A DNA stretch of 64,000 bases from assembly GCA_030527185.1 (NCBI GenBank), contig JAUNBF010000004.1, positions 30,347 through 94,346 of the forward strand, in the 5' to 3' direction. Below, one piece after another: positions 43,815-53,838 of this stretch. This DNA comes from Planctomycetia bacterium (lineage in GTDB: Bacteria; Planctomycetota; Planctomycetia; Pirellulales; Thermoguttaceae). Position 1 is the stretch's first letter. Each line of letters begins with the position of its first letter. The notes beneath the pieces were generated by a model. That model made no database searches and was not told where the DNA came from. It saw only the letters and a list, made by a program, of their open reading frames with translations. A program made the position numbers and the translations under genes.

Positions 43815-45548
43815 TCACGATTGCGCCAATTCATTACTTTTCAAATATTCAATAAACTCATCCAATATCTGTTGATTTCGTGCTAGAATACTTTCTTCTG
43901 TAAAATCGGATTCCCTTTCAGCCAGGACTTGCAATTCCTGAATATTGGTTCCTTTTTTGCGAGAATCAGGAGTCCCCAGATAGTACCTTTTTTTATCGGC
44001 AAATTTATAATCGGAAGCTCTTATGTTGATTTTCTTTTCCAGGAGAGATTTGTTGCCAAGTAAAGTTAAGCTTTTGGGATTTTGAAGGGTTCTTTCAAAT
44101 TCCAAACGATTTCGCGCATAAATGTGTTCAATGTCAAAAAGGTCATAGATTGAAAGCAGTTCCTGATCCTCATTCTGAAATGCCCACCACGCGAGCATGG
44201 ATTTGGTGATAGGCCGTCGGTTGTTAAACTCGTAGGTTTGGAGTAAACTTTTAAGTGCTTCGACATCAAATTTATGATTACCAAAAGTTACTGGTACCCC
44301 TTTTACGATGTTACACATTTCTGGGTAAATGGGGGTTCTCAATGCGTTAACACCCGGATTAACAATCGCATAAGCCCAGATAAATGCGGTGATTTTATTC
44401 AGGAACGCATAAAAAGTATCGTCATCAAGGTTTCCGCTGGTGTCTTTATGATGCATAAAATATACGGAAACAAGATAAGTCCACATCCCATTAGGGGCAT
44501 AATTTAAAACGAAAAACCTTTGAAGAATACGGTTTGAAAAACGGTCTTCATTCTGAGAAAAGACATCACTCCAAAAATTTGCCAGCAAGACCAGATTTTC
44601 AAAGGTTTCTTCCTTTTTCAACAGGCGGTAATGATCTTTTTCATAAAATAATCTCAGCCCCTCCGTCGTCGTGGAGGTTTCGCCTTGCAAAGCACGTTCA
44701 TAATACATGTACTCTGTAAAGAGAGACTCCATGCCCCAAGAGAAGGTTTTTTCGCAAAGCTCATCCAAATCCTTCCAGCGTTTGATAAATTCATTCTTTT
44801 TATCGCGATTCACGTAAAATTTATAGAATTGAGCCTTGAAAATATCCGTATCCGACAAAGGGAGTCCCCGGTCGTTCAAGGTCATAAAAATCCGAAAAGC
44901 GGAATCCTGCGAGTTGGCTTCAATCGGCAAAAGAACGCAGTTATTTAAAATACGTGTGGGAAAAAGAGCGAAATAAGCGGAATACTCTTCCAAAAAATTT
45001 TCGATTTGTTCCCGGAAAAATTTATAATTGATGGCGTAATTGCTTTCCTGTTCTTTATAGGCCGTACCTTCCGAACCATCACGCAGGATGGAAAGAAACT
45101 CATCCGTATCCTTCTCGGTGGCAACTTCGGAATCTATTTTGAAGGAATCCTGATCTGGATTGTCAAATTCATCGGTCATCCAGATACACTTTGCGATATT
45201 TTCTCTTGTGGTGCGGGAATTTTTATCCTGTTGTTTCTGTCCGAACTCGTAAAAAGCTCGGAGTAACAATGTCAAGGTGATCAAACGCTGCTGACCATCG
45301 ATGACTTCCAGTTTTCCACTGCTGTTTTTGAACGTTACAATAGGGCCAAGAAAATATTCGTCGTTGGTACTGTCAAAACGGTTACAATCACCTCCAGGAA
45401 AGGCGAAGGTGAAAAAATCTTCCCAAAGTGTTTGACATTCATCTATCTCCCATGCGTAAGGACGCTGATAGTCTGGAATGAGAAAGCCTAATTTCGTATC
45501 TCGAAATAGAGCATTGACCGTTTTTTGCTCAATCGTTAGGCGGGACAT
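43815..45548 (-). CDS. DUF262 + DUF1524 (GmrSD-like) nuclease, candidate type IV restriction/defence protein
   Basis: N-terminal ParB-like DUF262 motifs IPDYQRPYAWE and IDGQQRLITL. The C-terminal DIEHIYARN..LGNKSLLEKKIN is an HNH/His-Me-finger-like DUF1524 motif. Confidence 0.8.
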   Translation of the reverse strand: MSRLTIEQKTVNALFRDTKLGFLIPDYQRPYAWEIDECQTLWEDFFTFAFPGGDCNRFDSTNDEYFLGPIVTFKNSSGKLEVIDGQQRLITLTLLLRAFYEFGQKQQDKNSRTTRENIAKCIWMTDEFDNPDQDSFKIDSEVATEKDTDEFLSILRDGSEGTAYKEQESNYAINYKFFREQIENFLEEYSAYFALFPTRILNNCVLLPIEANSQDSAFRIFMTLNDRGLPLSDTDIFKAQFYKFYVNRDKKNEFIKRWKDLDELCEKTFSWGMESLFTEYMYYERALQGETSTTTEGLRLFYEKDHYRLLKKEETFENLVLLANFWSDVFSQNEDRFSNRILQRFFVLNYAPNGMWTYLVSVYFMHHKDTSGNLDDDTFYAFLNKITAFIWAYAIVNPGVNALRTPIYPEMCNIVKGVPVTFGNHKFDVEALKSLLQTYEFNNRRPITKSMLAWWAFQNEDQELLSIYDLFDIEHIYARNRLEFERTLQNPKSLTLLGNKSLLEKKINIRASDYKFADKKRYYLGTPDSRKKGTNIQELQVLAERESDFTEESILARNQQILDEFIEYLKSNELAQS

Positions 45549-45597
45549 GCTATTTCCTTTCGCAAAGAGTTGTGAATTTGTTTCTAATGAACCATAG

Positions 45598-45625
45598 ATT
45601 GTACCACATTAAAAATTTTTGTCAA
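45598..45625 (-). promoter_or_regulatory. Consensus promoter TTGACA-16-TACAAT for the DUF262 gene
   Basis: Minus strand: TTGACA (45625-45620), 16-nt spacer, TACAAT (45603-45598). About 50 nt upstream of ATG 45548. Confidence 0.55.
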
Positions 45626-45634
45626 GAAAATACC

Positions 45635-45670
45635 CCCCTATTCTTCCACCATTTCGCACTGCGGCAGGGA
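45635..45670. repeat. 36-bp direct repeat (copy 2), covering the last 10 codons plus stop of dinG
   Basis: The minus strand reads SLPQCEMVEE* across this repeat. Confidence 0.95.
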
Positions 45671-47692
45671 ATTCAGGAACATTTTGCCGTAAAACTTTTT
45701 TTTGATTCGAGGGTCGAGAATCACGACCATGCCGGTATCCTGTTTGGTGCGGATGAGGCGGCCGAAACCTTGTTTCAACTTGATGACCGCTTCGGGAATC
45801 TGGTACTCCAGAAATGGATTCCCGCCACGAGCTTTGATGGCATCCACGCGAGCTTCCACCAGAGGATGGTCGGGAACGCGAAACGGCAGCTTCGTGATGA
45901 TCACATTCCGCAACGCATGACCCGGAACATCGACCCCTTGCCAGAAACTGTCCGTCCCGAAAAGGACGCTGCGGGGATTCCGTTTGAATTGTTCCAGCAT
46001 CAGCGATCTGGCCATCCCTTCTCCCTGTGAGAAAATGCCCAGATTCTGGTTGACGAGCCACGGCGTCAATTCCGCCACCATCCGATTCATCAGGCCGTAG
46101 CTGGTAAACAGCACAAACGCATGGCCGTCCGTCATTCCCACATACCGACAGATTTTCTCCGCCAATCGCTTTTCATACGCCGCCGGTTCAGAAACGGGGT
46201 CTGGCATTCCGGTGCCCAACACGAGACGTGCCTGGTGCTGGTAGTCGAACGGACTTCCCAACGCCATTGTTTCCGCCTGCGTCAAACCAATCCGTTGCCG
46301 AAAATAATCGAAATTCGCTTCCGTCCCTGGCTTGGCCGATTTGGCGGTGGTCAGTGTCGCGCTGGTCATCACCACGGAATCGGTCGTGTTGAACAACATT
46401 TGCCGCATGAGTGGTCCGACATCCACCGGCGCACCGCAAAGTTCCACTCGTGGCACTTTCCGACCACTTCGACTTCCCGAAAAGACGTTCAGCCAATAGA
46501 CAAAACCCTCTTCCGACTGCGAAATCCACGTATCGATTCCCAAAGCCAGGGCATTCAGCCGTTCCGCCACCGATTCCAATTCCAGACGTTCTTCGGGAAG
46601 GTCTTTTCCCTGCGCATCGTTGAAAATGCACCCCGCCAGCTTGGACAAGGCCACGCTCAACTCGTTTTCCACGATTTTTCGCTGCCGCACCCGCAGTTCA
46701 CTGGAATGGAATGTTGCCTGCAACTGAGCCGTTTTTGCTTCGTACCATTCGCTCAAGTCCCAGAAAAAATTGTCCATCGTTACATAGCATTCCATCGCCA
46801 GACGCCGTGCTTCCGGCAAATCGTGCTGTACCAGAATCCCCTTGTGTGTCCGCAAATTGTAGAGCCGTCGCAACAGGTACTCCACCTGACCGTTGGAAAT
46901 GCCAATACCGAGATGGTCGCCCGCGACGCTTTCCATTGAGTGCGCTTCGTCAAAAATCACCGCGTCGTACTGCGGCAAAATCGCTCCCCCCGCGTTCCGT
47001 ACGGCCAGATCGCTGAAAAACAACGCATGATTCACCACCAGAATCTGCGCATTGCGAATCCGGCGGCGGGCACTCTGGTAAAAACATCGATTGTAAAAGG
47101 GGCACTTTTTCCCCAGACAATTCCCCGTTTCGCAGCAAATTTCCTCCCAAACCCGAGAATCGTATTTGAAATGCAGGTCGGCCAACGTTCCATCCTGCGT
47201 CTGATTGGCCCAGACACGAAAATCTTCCAGTTGCTCCAGGTCGTTTAACTCCGTAAACAACGTCCCCCCATGTTTTCGAGCATTTTCCAGACGACGCAGG
47301 CAGAGATAGTTGGAACGTCCCTTCACCAGCACAAAACTGAACTCCAACGGCAAAAGTGCGCTTAAAAAAGGAAGGTCTTTCTGAATCAGTTGTTCCTGCA
47401 AACTGATTGTCTGCGTCGAGACGATGATTCGGCGAAAAAGCGTTTTCGGAGCCTCCTCCGTCAGGGAGGGATATTCCTGCGACGTGGCCAGAATGGCGGG
47501 AACCAGATACCCGAAACTTTTGCCAACCCCCGTCCCCGCTTCCAGGACCAGATGATGTTTCTTCTGAAACGCTTCCAGAATCGCCTGTCCCATCGTCACC
47601 TGTTGCGGACGGACTTCGTAATCCACCTTCCGCGACGACAGCAAACCTCCTTCGCCAAGAATATTCTCCGGGGTATAAAACGTCTCGGACAT
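45638..47692 (-). CDS. dinG: DinG/XPD-family ATP-dependent DNA helicase with Fe-S cluster cysteines
   Basis: The track start at 47740 is TTG. ATG 47692 gives MSETFYTPE. Walker A EAGTGVGKS, DEAH box VIFDEAHSME, and a Cys cluster CCETGNCLGKKCPFYNRC. Confidence 0.85.
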   Translation of the reverse strand: MSETFYTPENILGEGGLLSSRKVDYEVRPQQVTMGQAILEAFQKKHHLVLEAGTGVGKSFGYLVPAILATSQEYPSLTEEAPKTLFRRIIVSTQTISLQEQLIQKDLPFLSALLPLEFSFVLVKGRSNYLCLRRLENARKHGGTLFTELNDLEQLEDFRVWANQTQDGTLADLHFKYDSRVWEEICCETGNCLGKKCPFYNRCFYQSARRRIRNAQILVVNHALFFSDLAVRNAGGAILPQYDAVIFDEAHSMESVAGDHLGIGISNGQVEYLLRRLYNLRTHKGILVQHDLPEARRLAMECYVTMDNFFWDLSEWYEAKTAQLQATFHSSELRVRQRKIVENELSVALSKLAGCIFNDAQGKDLPEERLELESVAERLNALALGIDTWISQSEEGFVYWLNVFSGSRSGRKVPRVELCGAPVDVGPLMRQMLFNTTDSVVMTSATLTTAKSAKPGTEANFDYFRQRIGLTQAETMALGSPFDYQHQARLVLGTGMPDPVSEPAAYEKRLAEKICRYVGMTDGHAFVLFTSYGLMNRMVAELTPWLVNQNLGIFSQGEGMARSLMLEQFKRNPRSVLFGTDSFWQGVDVPGHALRNVIITKLPFRVPDHPLVEARVDAIKARGGNPFLEYQIPEAVIKLKQGFGRLIRTKQDTGMVVILDPRIKKKFYGKMFLNSLPQCEMVEE

Positions 47693-47740
47693 CGTTTTTG
47701 CCAATAACCTTCCTCTGGTTTCTCTGGAATTCCTTTCCAA

Positions 47741-49096
47741 TCAGAACGTAAATCCCAGACCGGGTTCGTCCAGCACCTCCGTTTGGATACTCCCGTCGGA
47801 AATACGGAAAATTTCGGGATATTTTTCCGCGTAACCCGCGTTGGCACAGGGGCAATACTGCCGTCCATTTCCTTCAATCGCCGCAACTGTCGGAATGTGA
47901 GCGGCCAGCGACGCACTGTGCAAAAACGACGCTCCCGGACAGGTCAAATCCTGAACGCAGAGGAAAAGTCCATATTTTTGTGCCGCCGCCCCCATCAGGA
48001 GCGCTTCTGAATGCCCTTTGCATGCCTTCAGCGCCACGCCGCTATACCCCAACTCCCGGCTCAGCAACAACGACTCCAAATCGACCAGCGACTCATCGAT
48101 CACGACCGGACGTTGCCGTGCCACCCGAAACATCTCCACTCGCGGCAAAGCCTTCAAATCCCGATTCGTCGGCTGCTCGATGTACTGCAAACAGGCCAAC
48201 ATGTGCGGAGAGCGTTCCTCCATCTTCCGCAGCCACTCCAGAACATACTCCTCGTCCCGACATTTTTCGTTGAAATCCGCCGAATAGTACCACTCTTTCA
48301 CGCCACGTTGGGACTGTGCCGCAGAGGTGATCGTCTCGATCGCCACGCACCGCTCGACATCCTGCCGCAAATCTTCCCCGTTGAGCTTGATTTTCAAATG
48401 CGTCAGTCCATCCGCCAGAATCCATTCCTCCAGCGTCTCCGGCAAACCATCGTTCAGCCGCTTCGGAATATCCGCCTCCGTCAGCGGGTCCAGACCACCG
48501 ACGAGATGATACAACGGCATCCGTTTCTTCGGGTGCGGCAAAACGTACTGTTCCAGATATTCGCCCTGAAAATCGTCGCCCAAATAAGCCGACAAATCGG
48601 TGTTGACGAAATCCGGCCCCAGCAGCTGAAAACTGCTCCGTCCCAACATTTTACCATAAGCGTCAAACATCGCTGCTTCCAGAGGACTGGCCGCCACCAG
48701 TTGTGCCAATCGCGGAAACGCCTCGGAAAAACCGACCTCTTCACGTACATCGTCTGCCACGCTCTGGTAATGTTGCGAAAACTGCTGGCACCACTCCAAC
48801 GGATGATGAAAACCGGAAAGCGTCGATGCCCATTCCCTCACCTTTTGCCCAAAATCGACCATGGCAGAGAGGGTCTGATCGTTCGTCATCGCGGAAGAAA
48901 TCCATGCCCACGCATTTCCCATCGTCATGGAGCCGTAGCCCACTCCGCGCTTTCCATCCCGCGACTCGACTTCCGCGCAGACGTTCAGAATCGTCACCGA
49001 ATCAACCACCCGCCCGCCAAATTTCATCGGCGCACGGTAGGTGTAATTCTCGATTCCACTGGCTATATTTTTAATGGCAATATCGGTATTTTTCAT
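47741..49096 (-). CDS. Enolase-superfamily protein (mandelate racemase/muconate lactonizing enzyme-like)
   Basis: Capping-domain start YRAPMKFGG..GVGYG. Barrel motifs HLKIKLNG (KxK), YIEQP and VIDESL (metal ligands). Confidence 0.7.
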   Translation of the reverse strand: MKNTDIAIKNIASGIENYTYRAPMKFGGRVVDSVTILNVCAEVESRDGKRGVGYGSMTMGNAWAWISSAMTNDQTLSAMVDFGQKVREWASTLSGFHHPLEWCQQFSQHYQSVADDVREEVGFSEAFPRLAQLVAASPLEAAMFDAYGKMLGRSSFQLLGPDFVNTDLSAYLGDDFQGEYLEQYVLPHPKKRMPLYHLVGGLDPLTEADIPKRLNDGLPETLEEWILADGLTHLKIKLNGEDLRQDVERCVAIETITSAAQSQRGVKEWYYSADFNEKCRDEEYVLEWLRKMEERSPHMLACLQYIEQPTNRDLKALPRVEMFRVARQRPVVIDESLVDLESLLLSRELGYSGVALKACKGHSEALLMGAAAQKYGLFLCVQDLTCPGASFLHSASLAAHIPTVAAIEGNGRQYCPCANAGYAEKYPEIFRISDGSIQTEVLDEPGLGFTF

Positions 49097-49128
49097 TATT
49101 TTTTCGCAGATTTGGAAAGTGGGGTTCG

Positions 49129-49638
49129 TTAGTTCATCGGCGGGTCGATAATCATATCGTATGCCATAAACTCATGAAGCATGAAAAAGATTCCCAACAG
49201 CAGTACCGCTACGGAAATCCACAACATCACCTCATACGGTGAGGCTTGCGTTAATTTCTGGAAAAAGGAGGGCTTTTCCTCTTTTTCGACAGGACTCTCC
49301 CCATCCGAAACTTCGTCCGAATCCTCCTGGTATTCCGATTCCTCTTCTTCGGCAACGTCCTCATCCGGTTCTTCGGGGTATTCCTCCCCATCCTCTTCCT
49401 GGGGATAATCTTCTTCGGGATACTCTTCTACCGCATCCTCACTCCCTTCCTCCGAGTATTCTTCTTCCGCGTATTCCTGCGGTTCTTCCTCGTACTCTTC
49501 GTAATATTCCTCTTCTTCCGAGGGTTCCTCCCCCCCATCTTCCACAGCTTCGTATTCTTCTTCAGGCATCCATTCTTCCTGGTATTCGTTTTTCTCGTTC
49601 GGATCAGCCATGAAATCTCTCCCTTGAATGTTTTCCAA
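49129..49638 (-). CDS. Extremely acidic E/Y/D-rich protein with a C-terminal TM anchor
   Basis: About 115 aa of EEEYYEEYEEEPQEYAEEEYSEEG-type sequence, then the TM MLWISVAVLLLGIFFML. An alternative start is MADPNEK. Confidence 0.55.
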   Translation of the reverse strand: MENIQGRDFMADPNEKNEYQEEWMPEEEYEAVEDGGEEPSEEEEYYEEYEEEPQEYAEEEYSEEGSEDAVEEYPEEDYPQEEDGEEYPEEPDEDVAEEEESEYQEDSDEVSDGESPVEKEEKPSFFQKLTQASPYEVMLWISVAVLLLGIFFMLHEFMAYDMIIDPPMN

Positions 49639-49822
49639 TTATTTTGACTACACTTCTTGCCCGATTTTTATACACCATCTCTATTATAACCGAAAATCCC
49701 CCTTTTTGGCAAGTGTTTATCGCCATTTCAAAGAAACTTTTTCAAATCTTGGGCAGAATACACCTGTTGTAACAATTATGTCGGCAGAAAATCGCCTCTT
49801 TCATGAATCGAATCTGTTTTCA

Positions 49823-50458
49823 TCATTCCTTTTCCAGCAAAAGGCCACATCCCAGGAAAATGTACAAAAGGCTGCACACGGAATTCATACGGCGAGAATA
49901 GTTCGGATTTTTCAAAAATCTCTCGCCTAAAAAATGACTCACCGAAACGACCAGAATCAGCCACAACGTTCCAATTCCATAAAATGTCCAGCCCAGCAAC
50001 AATATCGGCCATGGACTTTCCACATATTGCGGATTGACAAACTGCGGCAAAAAGGCCAGAAAAAAAAGTGCCACTTTCGGATTGAGGAAATCGACCAAAA
50101 CGCCCTGAAAAAAATCTTTCCACAGAGAATGGTTCTCGATTTTTTTATAATTGGTCGTCGGAAGGAGATGACGCTGCCGCCATGTTTGAATCCCCAGGTA
50201 GAGAAGGTAACACGCTCCCAAAATTTTGATCGTCTGAAAAAGCCAGAGCGACTGTGCGACAAGCAGCGTGATTCCCAGCGAAACACATAGCGTATGAAGC
50301 AAAATCCCCGTCGTGATTCCTAGGGAGGAAATGATCGGTGAAATCCACGTCCGCGTCGAAAGCGTTTTCCCTAAAATGTAAAACGTATCCACACCCGGCG
50401 TCAAGCACAATAGAATCGACGACAAAATAAAAAGTCCGTAATGTTCTATTCCAAACAT
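49823..50458 (-). CDS. LysE/RhtB family amino-acid exporter
   Basis: SD GAGGTGA before ATG 50458. The MFGIEHYGLFILSSILLCLTPGVDTFY N-terminus is typical of the family. Six hydrophobic segments. Confidence 0.8.
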   Translation of the reverse strand: MFGIEHYGLFILSSILLCLTPGVDTFYILGKTLSTRTWISPIISSLGITTGILLHTLCVSLGITLLVAQSLWLFQTIKILGACYLLYLGIQTWRQRHLLPTTNYKKIENHSLWKDFFQGVLVDFLNPKVALFFLAFLPQFVNPQYVESPWPILLLGWTFYGIGTLWLILVVSVSHFLGERFLKNPNYSRRMNSVCSLLYIFLGCGLLLEKE

Positions 50459-50540
50459 CGTTTCACCTCGCAAACTCATTTTGCGGAAATATCAGGAGGC
50501 TGCCTGGAAAAAACAACCCCCTGAATCCTGTGGTGAGCCA

Positions 50541-51800
50541 TCAGCCACCGAAATCGTCGAAGTAAATATTCTCCCGCTCCACACCGAGAGAATCGAGCAG
50601 TTTCAACACCGCTTTCGTCATCATCGGCGGGCCGCACATGTAATACTCACACAATTCCGGCGTCGGATGGTCTTTCAGATACTCATCGTACAACACCTGA
50701 TGGATGAAACCCGTCGGTCCCTGCCAGTTGTCCTCCGGGAGCGGGTCGCTCAAGGCCAGGTGCCAACTGAAATTGGGAAATTCCTTCGCCAGAGCTTCAA
50801 ATTCCTCCGCGTAAAAGACCTCCCGCAGACTTCGGGCACCGTACCAGTACGAAATCTTCCGTTTCGTCTTCAGCCGTTTGAGCAAATCGAAAATATGCGA
50901 CCGCAAAGGTGCCATTCCTGCGCCGCCGCCGATGTAAACCATCTCCGAATCGGTGTTCGATGGGAAAAATTCGCCGTACGGACCGCTGATCGTCACTTTA
51001 TCCCCCGGTTTGAGGCTGAAAATGTACGACGACATCACCCCTGGAGGAAACTTGGTATTTGGCGGGGGGGACGCGATACGGACGTTGAGCATGATAATCC
51101 CTTTTTCCTCAGGATAATTTGCCATGGAGTACGCCCGCAGATCGGGATGATCCACTTTCGACACATAGTCCCACACATGAAAACGATCCCAGTCAGGATG
51201 GAATTTCTCGTCAATATCGAAATCCTTGTACGCCACCTCATACGGCGGGCATTCGATCTGGATATAACCGCCCGCCTTGAAGTTGACTTCCTCACCTTGG
51301 GGAATTTCCAGCACCAACTCTTTGATAAACGTCGCCACATTCCGATTCGAGCGAACCGTGCACTCCCATTTCCTCACGTCAAACACTTCGGCGGGAATCC
51401 GAATTTTCATATCCTGTTTCACAGGCACCTGGCAACTCAACCGCCAGTGATCCCGAATTTCGCCACGGGTAAAATGGTCTTTTTCCGTGACCAGAATATC
51501 ACCGCCACCCTCAATCACCTGAAGACGACACTGCCCGCACGTCCCTTGACCACCGCAGGCACTGGCGACGAAAATCTTCTGCGACGCAAGCGTCTGTAAA
51601 AGTTTCCCACCGGCAGGAACCTGCAACGTCTTTTCAGGATCATCGTTAATTTCTATCTTGATGTCGCCCGTGGCAACCAAAAAACTGCGTGCGATGAGAA
51701 TTGCCACGACCAGGAGCATGACGACGACGGTAAACATCATCACCCCCAGGCCGATCTGCATTCCCGCCGACACAGCCAAAATAACCGAAAAATCAAGCAT
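50541..51800 (-). CDS. nqrF: Na+-translocating NADH:quinone reductase subunit F
   Basis: N-terminal TM, 2Fe-2S motif [11 protein letters not shown], and FAD/NAD blocks RAYSMAN and GGGAGMAP. Confidence 0.93.
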   Translation of the reverse strand: MLDFSVILAVSAGMQIGLGVMMFTVVVMLLVVAILIARSFLVATGDIKIEINDDPEKTLQVPAGGKLLQTLASQKIFVASACGGQGTCGQCRLQVIEGGGDILVTEKDHFTRGEIRDHWRLSCQVPVKQDMKIRIPAEVFDVRKWECTVRSNRNVATFIKELVLEIPQGEEVNFKAGGYIQIECPPYEVAYKDFDIDEKFHPDWDRFHVWDYVSKVDHPDLRAYSMANYPEEKGIIMLNVRIASPPPNTKFPPGVMSSYIFSLKPGDKVTISGPYGEFFPSNTDSEMVYIGGGAGMAPLRSHIFDLLKRLKTKRKISYWYGARSLREVFYAEEFEALAKEFPNFSWHLALSDPLPEDNWQGPTGFIHQVLYDEYLKDHPTPELCEYYMCGPPMMTKAVLKLLDSLGVERENIYFDDFGG

Positions 51801-51830
51801 ATCGAAAACCTTCTCGTTTGTTGTTAATGA

Positions 51831-52421
51831 TTAAATCCCGGAAAATACCATAAACGCCATGGCAATCAAGCCTACCGTGATGAACGTGATGCCCAATCCC
51901 CGCAGACCGGCTGGAACTTCGCTATACTTACACCGTTCCCGAACCGCCGCCAGAATGACGATTGCCAACGCCCAGCCCATGCCACTGCCGAATCCGTAGC
52001 AGACGCTCTCCGCCAGGTTGTAATCCCGCATTTCCATAAAGAGCGAACCGCCCAAAATCGCGCAGTTCACCGTAATCAGCGGAAGAAAAATCCCCAGAGC
52101 GTTGTAAAGTGACGGAAAATAACGATCCAGCGTCATTTCCAAAATCTGCACCATGGCCGCAATCACGCCGATGAAGCTGATCAGCGAGAGAAAATTCAGG
52201 CTCACCCCTTCAAACAGGGCATTTTCCTTCAAAACCGTATTCAAAATGATATTGTTCACCGGAATGGTAATTGTCTGAACGACGACGACCGCAATTCCCA
52301 GCCCAATCGCCGTTGAAACCCGTTTGGAGACGGCCAGGAACGTACACATTCCCAAAAAGAAGGAAAGTGCCAGGTTTTCGATAAAAATCGAACGGACAAT
52401 AATCGATATATAATGTTCCAT
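51831..52421 (-). CDS. nqrE: Na+-NQR subunit E
   Basis: 196-aa polytopic protein in the Rnf/Nqr D/E family. Operon position is between nqrD and nqrF. SD AGGAGG. Confidence 0.9.
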   Translation of the reverse strand: MEHYISIIVRSIFIENLALSFFLGMCTFLAVSKRVSTAIGLGIAVVVVQTITIPVNNIILNTVLKENALFEGVSLNFLSLISFIGVIAAMVQILEMTLDRYFPSLYNALGIFLPLITVNCAILGGSLFMEMRDYNLAESVCYGFGSGMGWALAIVILAAVRERCKYSEVPAGLRGLGITFITVGLIAMAFMVFSGI

Positions 52422-52432
52422 CGTTTCCTCCT

Positions 52433-53050
52433 TTAATCTTCAATCTGTTCCGGGCGATACGTGCGGAGAATCCAAATGAAAAATCCGATCAGGAAAAACG
52501 CACTCGGTGCCAGCAGCATGATTCCCCACGGCTGATACCAACCACCGTCGTTGACCGTCTGGAAAATCGTCATTCCGAAAAGTTTCCCGGAACCCAGCAG
52601 TTCTCGAATCGCGCCAATGACCAGCAAAACCAGACTGTAACCCAATCCATTTCCAATGCCGTCCATGAAACTGGCCACCGGAGGATTTTTCATCGCGTAG
52701 GCCTCCGCTCGACCCATGATAATGCAGTTCGTGATGATCAGCCCCACAAAAACCGACAACTGACGGCTGATTTCAAACGCGTACGCCTTCAAAATCTGAT
52801 CCACCACGATCACGAACGACGCGATAATCACCATCTGGACAATCATCCGAATCGAATCGGGAATGAAATTCCGAATCAGGCTGATCGCCCAACTGGAACA
52901 GGCCGTTACCAATGTCACCGCCAGCGACATCGTAAACGCCGTCTCCAATTTCGTCGTCACCGCCAGCGCCGAGCAAATCCCCAGCACCTGCAGCGCAATC
53001 GGATTGTTCTTGAAAATCGGATCCAATAATACGGAAGAATATTTACTCAT
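52433..53050 (-). CDS. nqrD: Na+-NQR subunit D
   Basis: 205 aa. [18 protein letters not shown]-terminus. ATGA overlap with the nqrC stop. Confidence 0.9.
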   Translation of the reverse strand: MSKYSSVLLDPIFKNNPIALQVLGICSALAVTTKLETAFTMSLAVTLVTACSSWAISLIRNFIPDSIRMIVQMVIIASFVIVVDQILKAYAFEISRQLSVFVGLIITNCIIMGRAEAYAMKNPPVASFMDGIGNGLGYSLVLLVIGAIRELLGSGKLFGMTIFQTVNDGGWYQPWGIMLLAPSAFFLIGFFIWILRTYRPEQIED

Positions 53051-53838
53051 TGAACGTTACCTCCCTCTTCTGCAAATTTCTTGAGGAACGGTTGATATTG
53101 CGATAACCAGTATCCGACCGTCGCGTTGACACCGTTGCACGTCAATGTCGCGCCCGAAATGCCATCCACCGCGTAAGGATCGTCGGCAGAGGCCGCGCCC
53201 TTAATGATATGCACGGCAGGATGCGAGCCGTCAAACGCTTTTTTGCCGACCCAGCGTGCTTGCCAGTTTTTGTTCTCGATTTCGCCACCCAAACCAGCCG
53301 TCTCACCATGTTCGTAGAACAACAGGCAGCCAATCGTGTTCACATCCGCGTCCAGAGCCAGAAAACCGGACATGATCGACCAGAGTCCTTTTCCCACAAT
53401 CGGAATCACAATCCGCGAAACCTGTTTCGTCTCCGGGTCCAGCGAAACGTACAGCAAACCGCATTTTCCCCGTGTCGGGAGGCCGACGGGATACGTCGTT
53501 CCCGCAATTTCCGCGTTTTCGCCCGGCGTTTTGGCGGCCTGGCGTTCGTCGTACTTCATCGCTTCCGCACCTTCCGCAACCACTTTTCCCGTAGCAAAAT
53601 CGATTTGCAGTACACGGACACTTTCCAGCCGTTTGTCCACTTCCGTTGCGGAAAGACGCTCTCCCGCTTCCAGAAGTCCACACGCCAGGAGGATATTTTT
53701 ATTCTTGAACAATTCCTGATTCTTCTGCTGAATCGGACGCAACGCCACCGCCGCTGCCGACACGAAAACGGAGCAGATGGCACACGTCAGAAACGCCACC
53801 AGAAAGGTTCGGAAAATACTATCTTTTTTATCAGACAT
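53047..53838 (-). CDS. nqrC: Na+-NQR subunit C (FMN-binding)
   Basis: The track start at 53898 is GTG. ATG 53838 gives MSDKKDS plus a TM. Covalent-FMN motif DGISGATLT. Confidence 0.9.
   Translation of the reverse strand: MSDKKDSIFRTFLVAFLTCAICSVFVSAAAVALRPIQQKNQELFKNKNILLACGLLEAGERLSATEVDKRLESVRVLQIDFATGKVVAEGAEAMKYDERQAAKTPGENAEIAGTTYPVGLPTRGKCGLLYVSLDPETKQVSRIVIPIVGKGLWSIMSGFLALDADVNTIGCLLFYEHGETAGLGGEIENKNWQARWVGKKAFDGSHPAVHIIKGAASADDPYAVDGISGATLTCNGVNATVGYWLSQYQPFLKKFAEEGGNVQ

Larger units (their letters stand above)
43453..45634. mobile_element. AT-rich 2.2-kb inserted islet carrying a DUF262/DUF1524 gene, bounded by 36-bp direct repeats
   Basis: Exact 36-bp direct repeats lie at both borders. 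Composition is visibly more AT-rich than the flanks. It has its own consensus promoter. No integrase is present. Confidence 0.65.
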
